Assembly: GCA_002633005.1 (NCBI GenBank)
Contig: NMRA01000139.1
Span: 248,001-312,000 of the forward strand
Length of the DNA: 64,000 nt
From: Phoronis australis
Lineage: Eukaryota > Animalia > Phoronida
Reading direction: 5' to 3'
Made by a program: the position numbers and the translations under genes. The notes beneath the pieces are model-generated. The model ran no database searches. It was not told where the DNA came from and was given only the letters and a program-made list of their open reading frames with translations. Below, in pieces: positions 1 through 13,900 of the stretch; within the stretch, counting starts at the first letter, position 1; every line of letters starts with the position of its first letter.

Positions 1-999
1 GTTGGTTTTCACTCATTTCAACATGTGTTACACCTGCAGACTGCTCAGCAATGTGGGTCCTAAAGTTAAAGCAGGCTGTTTCTCCAAACATCCAGAAATA
101 TTGTTTGAATTTATCCATGGGAAGTGTGTGACCTCATAATTCTCTCATTGTACATCACATTTGTGACTCTACCACACTAGTTCATTCTCCTAGTGTTCCG
201 TTTGCAATGTAATGTGGGTATGCATTTTGCTTACAGGGACACAATCTTAACCATACAAAGCTCTGAGGCAAGAACAGATGATCATCATTTCAGGATTCCA
301 CTATATCCAGTCCAGCTCTGTTTACCACAATGCAACACAACACAATTCAGTTATAAAATTTTCAGTGCACAAAATAGAGGGATTTAAGTCTGCCAAGAAT
401 ATATTCCATGCCTCTCTTCACAACAGTTCCTGTACTAAGACCTATGCCAAATATATGAATTGGGGAATTTTGACCTTACTTTAAGTTACAAACTGCCCAT
501 TCAACAGATTGTATTTTCCAGTAGTAGAGCTCTAATCTAGGCACAAACTGTTTTCCAAACGAGTCTGGAATAGGGAAAATTTTTTCTTCCAAATTGTGCA
601 CTTAAGGCCAAATATCCTTAAGTAACCCTTGCTATATCCAATGTAATGTTTCTTTGCAATATCATAATATAAATTAAAATTAATTTTGATAATTTTATGA
701 GTGCACCCCAATGGGAATAGGCACATACTTCCAACTTCAGTTAGTTTGAATCGGTCAAGAAAACAACATGGAGGAAAATGTTCCTGGCGTAGCACTTGTT
801 CTCAGGGTTCATCATGCTGATTTCATAAAAGTTGGTAGAAGACATACCCGGTATTCCACGATTTTCTCACACATCATTTCTAAAGACTTTAAGTCACTGA
901 GAAATTTGGAAGTTGCAGGCAACTATTTCTGAAAAATAATTTCATTGCTTTCAAGTAAAAATGCAATCTTGGCTAGTAACTGAGATAATTTCTAAATGT

Positions 1000-1583
1000 C
1001 TTTTCAGTAAAATTTAACTAAAAAGAAAGGTACGTTGATAGCAAAACAAAAGTATCAATATCACGATAAAATTAATTTGATATAAATGTTCAAGGTGAGA
1101 TATCAAAACACTGTTATAGTTTTCTAATTTCATTTTTCATTTATGCAACTTTAAAGATTTTCCATGAAAATCATGGAAACCTTATACTCTCAGCTCATCT
1201 ATTCAGTCATGGATCCACATGGGGCCAATAAAATAATTATCTTCTCAGCCAGGATCATATTAGTTTGATAAGAAGTGTTTCCTTACCCAGCCCAACTGGG
1301 AGAGTTGTTCACTAAGAACAGACTTCAGGAAGAACACTGCTTTCACTCTTACTTTGCATGTCACTTTCAAAACGCCTATTTGAGGACACCCGTGATTTAC
1401 AACTGTCCAAAGTCCATACGGGGGGGGGGGTCTAGTTACTCCCATCAAGCCCAACATGTATATTTGGATAGCCCCTCAGTGCATGAAGCATAGTATTTGA
1501 AAGTTTCATTTGAATCCAATCAGCTGTTTCTATGATAAGATGTTTCGAAGACTGCCAAATTGGGCCATTTTTACAGGATCCTA
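1000..1583 (+). repeat. Interspersed repeat; homologous copy at ~63430-63945
   Basis: Shared blocks AAAAGAAAGGTAC.TTGATAG, AAGGTGAGATATCAAAA, GATAGCCCCTCA, GCCAAATT.GGCCATTTTT. Confidence 0.75.
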
Positions 1584-2238
1584 CAAACCATTGACCTTTA
1601 TCAAGCAATTGTGAAGTGCGAGTGTACGTAAGACTTCATTTCTGTCCTAAGTCTCAGGTCACTGTTCACGAAACGACCCTACGTCGCAATGTGTGTTTTA
1701 CATGTATTTCACCCCAGCAACGAAATCACTTCACATTTGGGTTGGCTAAGTAAGATGTTAGTGCCTGGTTTGTGAATTAAGCTGTTGGTGCCTGGTTTGT
1801 TAATTAAATGATAACAATGCAGAAGTTGAAACAAACAATGTTCAAGAACATTCTTCAGCATTTATCACTGCTCAAAATCAAACAGTGAACTCAAACGTGA
1901 ACTGTTATCCCAGACACTGCCTACTACAGGCTGTCCCCTTGTAAAGGTACCCTTACTTGCCAGTCGATGAGCTCACACCCTAAGAGGAATGTATAATCAT
2001 CTTTTGAATTGGAATACAAGCCATTCTGCATGTAGCTATTCAGTGTTGTGAGAACACTGCACAAGTCAAAATTGACACTATTTGCCCCAAGTGACACAAC
2101 TTCTGATATTGTGACAGTGCGAGGCAAAATCACCATGCAGCCTGAAATTGCCCAAATTGACACACAACTTCATTCTCAATGACATTACAATATTTTTAGT
2201 TTATAAGTCCAATTTGAACTACAACACAACACCCTTAA

Positions 2239-3926
2239 AGGAGAATGCCACCCGATTTAATTAGTCTTTTTTGCCGTCTTAATCGGTCTATATCCACATC
2301 GCCTCGTATGTGGTCAACCTTACCTTGCCAAGAGGTGTCGCGTTAACCTGTGAGGAAGGTGAGAAACGACGCTAGCGACGTCAGTGGTTCAAATGTAGAG
2401 TGAAGGGCGCTATGTTGCGATGTATCGTTCCCGCTTGTCCAAACTAAGCAGCTGCGAGGAAAGCGGATATATCGTTTTTTTTTACTTTCTCGAGAGTTCG
2501 AAATGCTTAGGAAGTGGCTTATTGTAATGAAGAATGAAATGTACGCTGTAAATAGCAAGTATGAGGCCGTGAAACATCTCCGTGTCTGTGGCCTGCAGAC
2601 GTCAACAGTGCCTGACGAATGCCGGCTTACCAAATAACTCCATACGTTCCGTTGTCTGAGCTTGTTCACGGCGCCTCTCTAGTATTTCTTCATCACTGTA
2701 TTCCTGTTCGAATTGATAGCCTGTGAAACTTAACGATCCACCTGTGAAGTCGGGACTGATGTGTCTAGCTCGTCATAAGTCGGGATTGCGAGTTGCCATG
2801 CTGGCGTTTGTTACTGAGCGTTCTGTTTCAAAATGAATTATTCTCACCTTGCCAATACTTACAAAAAACTGAAACAAAGTCTGTCTCATTAGATGCAATT
2901 TGTAATGCCTTTGGAGTGTTCGTGAGTGCAAATGATTTGAGAAGCCAGCAATGAATAAATCACAGCGTTACCGGCTTTAGGTGCAATAAAACTAATTGAC
3001 GGGACACCGAGGCCGTGTGAGCTCAGCTAATTTAGTGTTTGCTGGCAGAAACTGTTGTGAAACAACTCGATTTCCATCCCACGGCCAGGTGTTAGGGGAA
3101 TCTTTATTTACATTTACATTACTCAAATAATGATTGTCAATGCACAACTTCTGCGCTGACGGTGCTGTGGCCAAAGCGGAACCTGAATTTTTAAGTCACG
3201 GCCCCCGACGAGTAAGTAGATTTGCAGTTTCGTGGTAATTCACCAACATAATCACGTACACATAACTTTGGCTCACTAGTATAGTATTTTCTTGACTGGA
3301 AGTTTAGTTTCCACTGAACTTTGGCTGGTTTATGTTCGTGATGTCTGATCAGTTTCCGAGCCACTGGCCCGCTCGGGATAACAAGTCAATCCGGCCAGCC
3401 GCGACGGGCCTATCGGGCTCCGAGCCACTGGCCAGGATAATAAGCGTTTTGTGTTTAGAACTCAAAAAATCACAAGTCTAAACAACATAGATCTAGGTTC
3501 TCATGTCTGTATCTCACGGAAAATACTTCGAAATTATCTCCGAACAGACCCCAAACTCCTGCTATGGACCTTAATTGGCCTGCCGAACTTTGTAGGCTAC
3601 GGTGTGTCCAAATATCAATAAATCCGTAAGAGCGAAATAAAACAACATGTTTTTATAAGAACTTGGTGTATTTTTAAGGGTTTTACATCGAAGTTTGATG
3701 ATTTATAGGTTTTAAACGATGACTTCATGCAATAAGCAGTAACCCGTGTTGTGCCACGGTGAACTGCTGAACAGACTGCGTGTGAAACCGATGACGTCAT
3801 TGGATAATTTCAACACCTCCGTCTGCCGTCAAGTGTCAGGTAATGCAACCGTACGTGTCGTTATGGAGTAGAACTACTCGATCTAAATTGATTCAAATTA
3901 GGTTGTTTTTTGGGTGGCATGCTCCT
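2239..3926. mobile_element. Kolobok-type non-autonomous DNA transposon
   Basis: TTAA TSD (2235-2238, 3927-3930); TIRs AGGAGAATGCCACCC / GGGTGGCATGCTCCT with AG...CT termini. Confidence 0.8.
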
Positions 3927-6900
3927 TTAAGCCAAAACTCAATCTCACTAACAAATTCTGATTACACACTGAAACACTACATGCAAAATGGCTATGGTAA
4001 TGTTTTCAAAGAAAGTATGCATTTTCAGATCCTCATCCCTTTCACATCCTGTTTACAGGAGATATCTGATATGAATGAATAATCAAGTGGTGAATATACA
4101 ACATCCAGATCAGTCTTATTAACACACTTAAAGTGGTGGGTATTAAACTAGGATTAATAACAGGGATTTGCACTGTTATCTTTCTTCTCTAAGTGCAAAA
4201 CGACTGTGTGCCAATAAGGCGAGTAATGCGTGGTGAGAAATAAGTGAGGCGCAAAACTTTGCCAAACAATTTTTGGCGTGCAAAATACGGCGAGTGTGCG
4301 AAATAAGAGGAGAAACACCGTAGCAGTGATACTGTGGAAAGACGTCAATCAACAGAAAGACCATTGGGGTGAATCAGTGAAGACCCACGTTTAATTTGAT
4401 AGCTGAAAAACGGTTATAGGAAACGAACACTGGTGCAACACTTTTGGAATAACAAACCAATGTGAAATGAACAGGCACAGCTACAACACAAGACACTTGA
4501 GCATGAGATAATTGTCACTATCAGCTGAAACTGTCAACTCAGAGTGCCATAATGTGAATTAATTTACGAGTTGGACGAGACAAGTTCAAGTATAATAGGA
4601 AACTATTCTCTGGTTATTAAGATAATCACTGTCTGAGTGGCCAGTTGGTAACACCTCACATGGTATGAATCATTCCCACAGGGGTTAAATGACTTTCAGT
4701 ATTCAAATAAGGTCCAAGTCTCAAATAAAAAAGGGGGCCAAAAAGCACATATCTATCCATTGGCAGTCTGCCGGACAGCCCTTCCCCTTCTCAACCTTGT
4801 GCTTTGCACGGCCACCTGGGCTACGTAGTACCAACGCGTTTGTGGAAAAAATTGAAACTTTGTGAAAACTAGTGAAATCTCGACTCGTTTCAATTCCAAG
4901 TAATCGAAAACCAACCAACAATGGTAAAAAATGATTCAACAACTTTAAGTTACAGTATTTACTAAATAGTAAAACGCCCAAACTGAAAACTCGCTTCAAG
5001 TAGTCTTTTCACCACTAAATCTTCCCATTAAATTTTCAAAATATCTCGACAGTCCCCGCCAAGTTGTCACAACTCCACCTAGTGTTCAACCATGGAACTA
5101 GCTACATTTAGCCACACATAAGACATAAAGCTGCTTATATCCTAGCAGCTTAAATCCAGCCACTATATGGCTTTCGTCCTTGTGTAAAATGACATTCCTG
5201 TCAATGTCGCTTGAATAAATTCTCTTCAGGAACAACAATTGGCATCTCCTGTCAATGTCAGAGTTCTCATAATGCAATTTTGTTGTAACTGACCGTCCCA
5301 GAAGCTAACACAAGAATACTTCAGATGGTGGACATTCCTCAGCAAAGCGAATGACAAGTGATATCGCGCATATACACCTTCAGCTGATGGCCTCCAGAAA
5401 AGAGCTGCCAAACGAATTGAGACATTTGTTGTCGTTTTTTACTCTACTTGAAGAAGTAGCCCATTCAAATCGTCATGATATACCGTAGTATTCAGTTCAT
5501 AGCCCTGAGGTCCCTAAATTTGCAATGCTGTCGCTTTGTGTAATGTAAAGTCAGTAAGACAAAAGCGGAGACAGATTTTATAATCAAATGATTCAAAAGC
5601 TTTGACAGTGAATATAAGCAAAGGAAGGTGCATTGCAGGCTTAAATTGGCAACAGTTCATTTTACCATGAAAAATTTATACAGGCAGCGTTGCGTTTACT
5701 TTAATCAGCCAATCAGAACGAAATCCTTGTGAAGCCACAGCATAAGAGATATAGAACATATTAGAAATTTGAACAATCATATACAAGGGAGATAACAATC
5801 AGGAGTGATGTTGTTCTGGATGAATGAATCGGAAATCAAACAAGTCAGGCTTGAATTGTTGCTTTCATTCAAATGGTATAGGCTTATAGAAGTGTTAGAT
5901 CTATGCTGAATTACAAATAGCAGTAAATATGAATTTAATTCATTCAGTTCTTGCAAGCCATCCAATTAAACCAAGTACCAATTTTAAATGCCTATTTTAG
6001 ATAACAGATATGATTGGGAACATAGTGTTCTATATAAGTTCACATTAGATGGCCATCTTACGGAACCTAGTGTCAAAATGGACTTCACTATCATCATAAT
6101 CCCTTTGCAGACTGGAATAATAATAAAACTGAATTGATTATGATGAATAGTTCTTGATTGAAAAAACTTCCGATCAAATTCACAGAGAAACAGATTATGA
6201 GGAAAAGAGAAATAGATAAGAAATAAACTGTGCAGTATAGGGGAGAGACAGAAAACAAACCACCATATGTAAGCAGCTGCCAAAGTGTAGTGTGATGTAA
6301 ACTTTCTAACTGGTTACCTTACCAAAGATCATATTTCTTAAATAACTTTTTAAAGTATTACGGTAATTGTAGCCATTAAAAACTGTATATTTTTAACATC
6401 CTTTGCTCTCAAAGAATCTTATGTGTTTATTGCTGATACACAAATGCAGTGCAATGCGAAAACTTTCCTTGTGTGTACGCTGGCCATTAGGCAAGGAGTC
6501 ACTGGTTAGAAAATGACGTAACACCGACGAATCCTCGCACATTTTATGAAGCAGCAAAGCTTGTCACAAGACATTTCACTGTGTATGAGTAAGGTTCTGT
6601 GATATACATGCACTTTCATATTGTGAAAGTTTAGTGAAGATCTGGAACTTATTATTTCAGTTACAGTTGGTAGAGAAGTAGCAGAGCAGCCATTTAGCAT
6701 TCAAATATCGAAATAGGTATGAACCCTAGAATAAGACATACCCACCCATAATGGGCATGGTTGGGTAATAACAAGTGTTACTCTAAAACTAGGCAAGTGA
6801 AAAGTACACGAAGAAAGCTCCATTTAATGAAATCCAGGCCAAATGTTCTCCACAACACTGTGTTGAGTTTGAATTTTCCCTTGGCAAGTTCCGCTTGATA

Positions 6901-7799
6901 GCATTGGGTTTGAAAACCAATGTAGCGAGTTTGACTTATTGGGAGATTAGTCATTTCTTAGCCAAATTCGGCCATTTTGGACTTTTGGTACTAGTTCGAT
7001 GCATTCATTCCAAGACTTATGTAAATAAAACAACAAAATTGAATCACTGAAAGTTTCAGATATAATAACATCCTAGGTCAACAGAAACAGAAATAAAGTG
7101 TTCATTATGCCACATACTGACATCTGATATATGGCGTAATGAACATGATACATTGTAATGCGGAAAAAAGTAAAGGATATAATTTAAGAAGTCTTTGTGT
7201 TCAATCCTAACACACTTGAACCTAATGGATTTTACTTTATTTCAGTTTCTGTTGATGAAGGATGATATTATATCCGAAAACTTCAGTGATCCATTTTTGT
7301 TGCTTTATTTACATACATTTATTTTATTTTTCAACACACAAGTGTATGCTTTAGAGGTTCTGGACCACCTCTTTTGGTTTCGGATTTATTTTCTACGCTT
7401 TCTAAGACATAAAACACAAACCCCCACAGAGTGAACATGGACTTTCAAACACTGACATGAACTATGAACCTTGTATTTTCCGACCAGTTTGAATTTTCTG
7501 TCATGGAAAACACAGCAGGCCATTCATAGAATTAATTGATAATACTTACTGGTCGCAGCGCTAGGTAACATGCACTTGACAGGATGAAGTTAAACACCAG
7601 CTCAATATCTGAAATACAAAAAATCAGGTGCTATCATCGCAGTAACGTGAAATTCACTGTTTGTCTGCAGGCAAGTTGCTTTTTGTCATTTGTTCGACAG
7701 TTCGACATGAAACTGTTTTCGATTGACAGAGTCACAATGTTTCATTTGAACAAACTGTGCACTTACCAACTGAATTACCAATAAAGGAATAATTGTCAA

Positions 7800-8057
7800 A
7801 AACATTGAGACACCAAATATATAAAAATAATAGCAGGTGGTATGGTACACATTGTACCAGACGTGCGCAGGCTGCACATGTGGACCCATTGCAATGATCA
7901 CCTGGAACCATTTTTGTGCTTTATTAACATGTAGTTAAAACTGAGCTGAGGAGCTAGAAACTTGACTCAAGGGTCTGGCAGTGTGGCCCAGTTGGACTCA
8001 AACCCACAACCTTGAGTATTAAGAAATAGGGCACCTATCACACTAGGCCACACTGCC
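7800..8057 (-). mobile_element. tRNA-derived SINE, copy A
   Basis: Minus-strand head GGCAGTGTGGCCTAGTG, B-box GGTTTGAGTCC; body matches 24115-24420. Confidence 0.7.
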
Positions 8058-9558
8058 TCGTCCTGGCTGAGACACCAAAGGGAAAATGGCAAATTACATC
8101 TGTTGAACGCTATATGAAGAGTGAACATAAAAACCCATACCGTATCCATGTGTATTGTATTTAGATATTTTAATATTTTCATAACTGACTAAAGGATTGA
8201 AGGGGCACAGGTTTGTGGCACAGGTTCTGAAGGTCAGTTTCGTAGCATTTCTTCCAGACCCATTAATTGCATCTACCTATTGGGTCCTCCCAAATTATCG
8301 TCAAGTCCTCGCTTCACAGGTTACCCCCAAGTGTCTTGTTCAAGTTTGTGATTTCTGACTAACGTGATGGTTCATGTGTCTGCCTAAAAGTTGTAACTAG
8401 ATCACATTCACCATGAAATTCATATTACAGTTCATGGAAATGAAAAATACTAGATTAACAGGCAGGTATGCCAAAAATGCTGTTTCATTGGTCATAAAAA
8501 GTAATGCTCATCAATTGAATATTTTTCTTTTGTGTCCATTTTAAAGAGTTTTCACCTCATCAACCATGACGGCTGTTAGCACCTGGAGGTAATAGGTGCT
8601 AATTGACCTATTGCCAGCATTTTGAGTGACAGCTTAACTGACCAATCAGAATGCAGCATTCTTGACACACCTTCCTTTCCAAGCGGTGATTTTACCCGAC
8701 AAGCAGCATGTTGTCAGGTAAAACATATTGTTTGTTGTCGATTTTTCACAACGGAGCGGAGCTTGCGATAAATCAATTTGTTACTAGAAAAGTGTACTAG
8801 TTCATTGATTACAGGGTCACCATTATTTTTCACACTTTACAGGAAAATTCCTATTGATTTAGCACCACACTTAAAGGATTATGTAATAAACCAGTGCCTT
8901 CTGTCAAAAACCAAAAAAGTTCATGATGCAATAGATTCACGCCTTCTACCAAAAAGGCCTTTCATACAAACATTGACATGCCGATGTTTTGGACAGTGTT
9001 GGTGGGTAACAATTGTTAATGTCGGTCCTGGATCGAAGTTAACAGCACAAGTTAACTTCACAATATAAGTGGATTTAACCGATGAGCATCAATGCTTCGT
9101 TGGCATACGAACAGACATCTTCGATGCATTGGAGTTATCAGCACATGTTGCAATGTTGCCGTATTACTTGCTTACTACAAACACTTATTTTCATTTCTTA
9201 CCTGACCATAAATATAACATACTTCAATTTCTAAAATAATAAGCCGGCATCGATGATTCACACATGAAACAATGACAACTTCGGAGACCGCTAACTACTG
9301 AAGCAGGTACTGGAGATAAGTTGGTATGAAAAGGCTTATGCTGCTGCTTACAGTAATAAAATTAGTCCGTCTCGTTACTACTCAGATCAGAAATGAATTC
9401 TTGGGCTTTGAGAAGAACTGACAAGTCATTATAGCTGCATATCAGACCCATTAAGTTGCTTGTCACCACAGCTTAGTTTCAGTTCAAATGCAGTGCAGCT
9501 GGCAAGGGAATTCCCTGTCATTTATTGTTTTAACCAATTTCAGATTCAAACAAATGAT

Positions 9559-10970
9559 AACAAGAGCAACGCAGAGCGTTGAAATGCGCCCACAATTGCC
9601 CCGCAAACGGTATCCTTCTAGGGTTGTTTATTGGTACCATAAAGTGGCCAGTAGAGGGCATATATGTAGTATGTTGTACTTAGCAAAATGGAAAGGCATG
9701 GTCATTGTCTCCTCAATAGGCTAGGGGCAAAATGTGAGAAATCTTCATAATACAAGCAAGCACATCCTATACACCAGTTGCTTAAAGCACCACAGAAACA
9801 TAGAATTAAAAACAAATTTACCAACATACGAGATTAGCACAGCATTAGAATGCCAGAAACAAATTTCTACTTGGAACTTTTCCGTCATAGTCACGAAGTA
9901 ACACAAAGTATACACCTGAAGACCTATGAAAATACAGAGGTCAATGTAAAATACTAAAATTGCCACTAGAGGCATACCGGTAGTCAGAGTCATCCTAAAG
10001 TCGTCATCGTCCGTTGCCAACATCACATAAATACACTTGCTAAATTTAGTAAAGATCCTGCAAATGGTTTGGGAGATACAGCCATGGGCGCAAAAAAAAC
10101 AAAACTGCCACTAGGAGGCGCCACAGTAGTTGAAATCGTCGGAAAATCATCGTCGACTGTCCTCTACATAGTAAGCATATACACGCCAATTTTCACAATC
10201 ATCCGTTGAGCGGTTTGGTTGATAGAGGGGTGGACGCACAAAAACAGACTCGAAAACACTAAAATTGGCCACTAGGTGGCGCAAACTATGTCAAATCCAT
10301 CTGAAAACGGGAGGATAGCGTCATCTCACTAATAGGTGCCTACATACCAAATTTCATGAAAATCCGTTGAGGACTTGTGAAGATACAAAGGTAAGCGTAA
10401 AAAAATTAAAATTGCCACTAGGGGGCACACCGGTAGTCGGATCCGTCCAAAAGTCGTCATCTTTCGTTGTTAACATATATAAATATATTTACACAATTTT
10501 GTAAAGATCCTGCGAACGGTTTAGAAGATACAGCCATAGGCGCAAAAAACAAAACTGCCACTAGGAGGCGCCACAGTACTCGAAATTGTCGGAAAATCAT
10601 CATCAACCGTCCTCTACATAGTAAGCATATACATGCCAATTTTCACAATCATCCTTTGAGCGGTTTGGTTGATAGAGGGGTGGACGCACAAAACACATAC
10701 CAAATTTCATGAAAATCCGTTCAGGACTTTTGAAGATACAAAGGTAAGCGTAAAAAACTAAAATTGCCACTAGGGGGCACACCGGCAGTCGAATCCGTCC
10801 GAAAGTTCGCACATGCCGTCCCATTCATGAATGGAACATATGTGCCAAATTTCATGAACGTATGTCAAAGGGTTTTGGAGATAGAGCAGCGGACGCCAGA
10901 CGCCGCCCGGACGGAGGGACGGAGATGACGGCATAATGCGTCCACATATAAATATGTGGGCGCATAAAAA
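9559..10970 (-). mobile_element. Helentron-associated (HINE/DINE-like) non-autonomous element with internal tandem repeats
   Basis: Subterminal inverted repeat ATGCGCCCACA (9584) / TGTGGGCGCAT (10955); small terminal hairpins; (GGAC)n-like microsatellite at ~10908-10922; ~150-bp internal repeats. Confidence 0.7.
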
Positions 10971-13900
10971 TGGATGGTGATGCTTTGAAAAAGAAAGTTG
11001 ATGATTTAACATCAGAACAGGGTCTGTAAGGGCTTTAAATACAAACCTAAGCGTTCTTAAGACCTTTTGATTCGTAAAGTTCAACGACTAATGAAAGAGG
11101 TAAACTGATAAACATTAGTTTAAAGCTACAATTTATCCAGTTAAGCTGACGCAAAAACAGAAATTGAATTTGGGACAAAAATAATGGCAAAAAATGCCAC
11201 ATTTCAAATTTCCAAAGGACTCGCCGTTGCAAATGCGTAAAAGTTGTTAGTGTCACGAATTTCCGTAATAATGTATTGTTTTTGTTGTGACACTTCGCCC
11301 ATCAGCTGATTCATACTGACTGGAACCAGATGTGTCTCAGCTCAAATGTCCAGCCATACGTCACAGACAGTTTGTTTACTACAGAGTTCCTTCAACTCCA
11401 GAATTGGTTAGTAACAATCTGCCTTATTTGGTCTAGCTTCCTTGTGACGTCGAATCATTTATAAGAATTGTTTTGTATTATAGTTTAGTCATTTCCTTAG
11501 TATTAGCCCACGTGTCATAGTTATTTTGTCAATGATTGTGTATATAAATGACTTGGAGTGCAGAATAAAATCAGTTGCCATTTATTCAGCACAACGACAC
11601 GACTTGTTATTTGGACAGGTTCACTGCTGAACTGTCTAGTTATCACCACTGTGTATCTACTGACACTGCGAGGCAACTCACACGGCGAACCCCTATACTA
11701 CGTAGCCAGAATTTCCCCACAGTTAGGTACTTGCAAAAAGCAAAGTAAATTGATCGGAAAGCTTATTTTTGTAGAAAATGAAATTTCCCGTTTGCAATGT
11801 TGTGTCCCAAACTGAAGAATTTTTACCGCAGGCCATTTCCTAGATCATAAAATTGATCGCGTAATATTCCTTTTCATGATCAGATTCTATATCTGTTACC
11901 AACAAGAAAATCAAGCCTATCAGTGACGCACGAAAACGCTTCAGAGTTTATTGGGGTTGACCTACTAAAACTACGAATTTAAATATAGTTTATGTATGCA
12001 TTGACTGTGACTTGAGTTGTCTGCTCATAAAGCAACAATTCAAGATCGGATGAACGTGGTGTTTTTTAACCCCAAAGCGCTTTGGTTAAGAAATGAACAT
12101 TGACAGCAGCAAAATGCCTGTACAAAAGGTATGGGTTCTCACGAGACACTGTTGGTAACTATGGAAGAGCAAAGAAAAAGTACTCAAACAACAGCAGCCA
12201 TGCGTGCTATGAAGAACAAAAGTACGGTTAACAGGCAACTACTCGAGAAGAACTGACTTAAAAATCGATGAGTTCATTTGCAGTTAATTTACATGAAATA
12301 GTACAACCTCTGCTTTGAAAGAAATTCATATTTGACATGGCCATTGTTGGCTTCATCAATTCCACTGAAACTTGTGAGACGGAAGAAACATAGTAGCAGG
12401 CATTTGTAAGAGTTATTGACAACTCGCTTGCAATTAGAAAAAAATCTTACCAATTTCAGACAAAAATAATTGACAAACAGTGCCGTTTTTTCATGTTTCA
12501 AGGGAGACGTTGTTGAGAATTTGAGCACTGTTTCACAATATCGCCTGTTGGTCGCTATAGCAGAGAACTTGAACATGGAAACTATTCGATACCTAAGTAA
12601 CACAAATTTTTCACGGAAAGAACCTGGAAATTTTGACTACCATGTTGTTTCGTAAATTGGTGACTTTGCCATAGTTAACTTTCATTACATGCCAAGTTTA
12701 CAGTATATTCATTTGTACATCATAAGGACATTGCCACTCTTACTGCGGTATCTTGTAATTCTTATTTTATGAAAAGGGATTTTTATCCTCCACACTATCC
12801 TCGTACCAAATGGGCTTGGAGGAAGATATTCAGTGTACAAACAATAAAATAACAGTACTGTTTTGCAACGGTGTATTTTTTCATTAGCCGCTGATGACAG
12901 GCTACATATCTCACTTGAAGGCTACAAACGATCCAGAACCATAGTTGCATGTCTTATTTAAAGGCAGTAAATTACCCAGAAACCGCACTGTTTACTCTAC
13001 AAAATCTGGGGTCTTGTACAGTACACAAAGATGTGTTGTAACTTTAGGTTTTTTTAAACAGACTAACGAGCAGTAACTTTTGATGTCAGTCTGTATAAAG
13101 ACTCAGTAAGACAAACATTATACGGTTACATGATTGAAGCTAAAGCGAAGCAAGCCCTAAGGTAATATGGAATCAAAACTGTTAGTGCAGCAGGTAGTTT
13201 TGTTGACGTACCTGTTGGCAGAGCACAAGTGACTCATCAAAAGGCTATCATGGGTTAAGTGGCGCTAGACTAAGAGATAATGAAAATATTTTTATAAACC
13301 CCAGGAAGAAAAACTTGCAGGGAAACAATTCATGGAAGGAGAAGATATCAGATATTGACAGGGATCTATGGAGTTATGATGCTCACACGTGACGCTGCAT
13401 TTGGTTCATACGCTCCTAAAGCATGGCATTAGCCTTACTTATCTGAAGACATTACTCCATATGACCAACAATGCAATTTTGATAACAGTTTTCAGACTGT
13501 TTTACCTGAAGTTACAAACCAAGGTTATCGGTCTTTTAGAGAACCTTTTCGCATAATGTCAAACATTTGACCAAAGTTATAATATACCAAAAGGTAATTT
13601 TATGCATTGAACACTTTCCTAGATCATTTACGGTATGCCAGGACCAAATGCTTTATGACCTTTCCAGTCATATAGACTTCTTGGTATTTCACAAGCTACC
13701 TGACAGGAACTTGTTACACTCCAGACACAAGTTGAAGTCCTTTCTTATAGTGCAAAACTACAAGAATTTGTTTGCTTTCAAGCCAAGTTTTCATGAGCAA
13801 AATTTGTCTGTAAAACAATCATGAAATCAAAAGTATCTGAGCTGCAACAAAAATTGCTGTTGAAAAACCACAATAGTAAAACATTTTTTAAAAAGTTTAT

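Noticed and set aside
9940-10800. Conserved short motif with variable intervening DNA as a CRISPR-like array
   Set aside because: The intervening segments are themselves homologous tandem subunits of a TE
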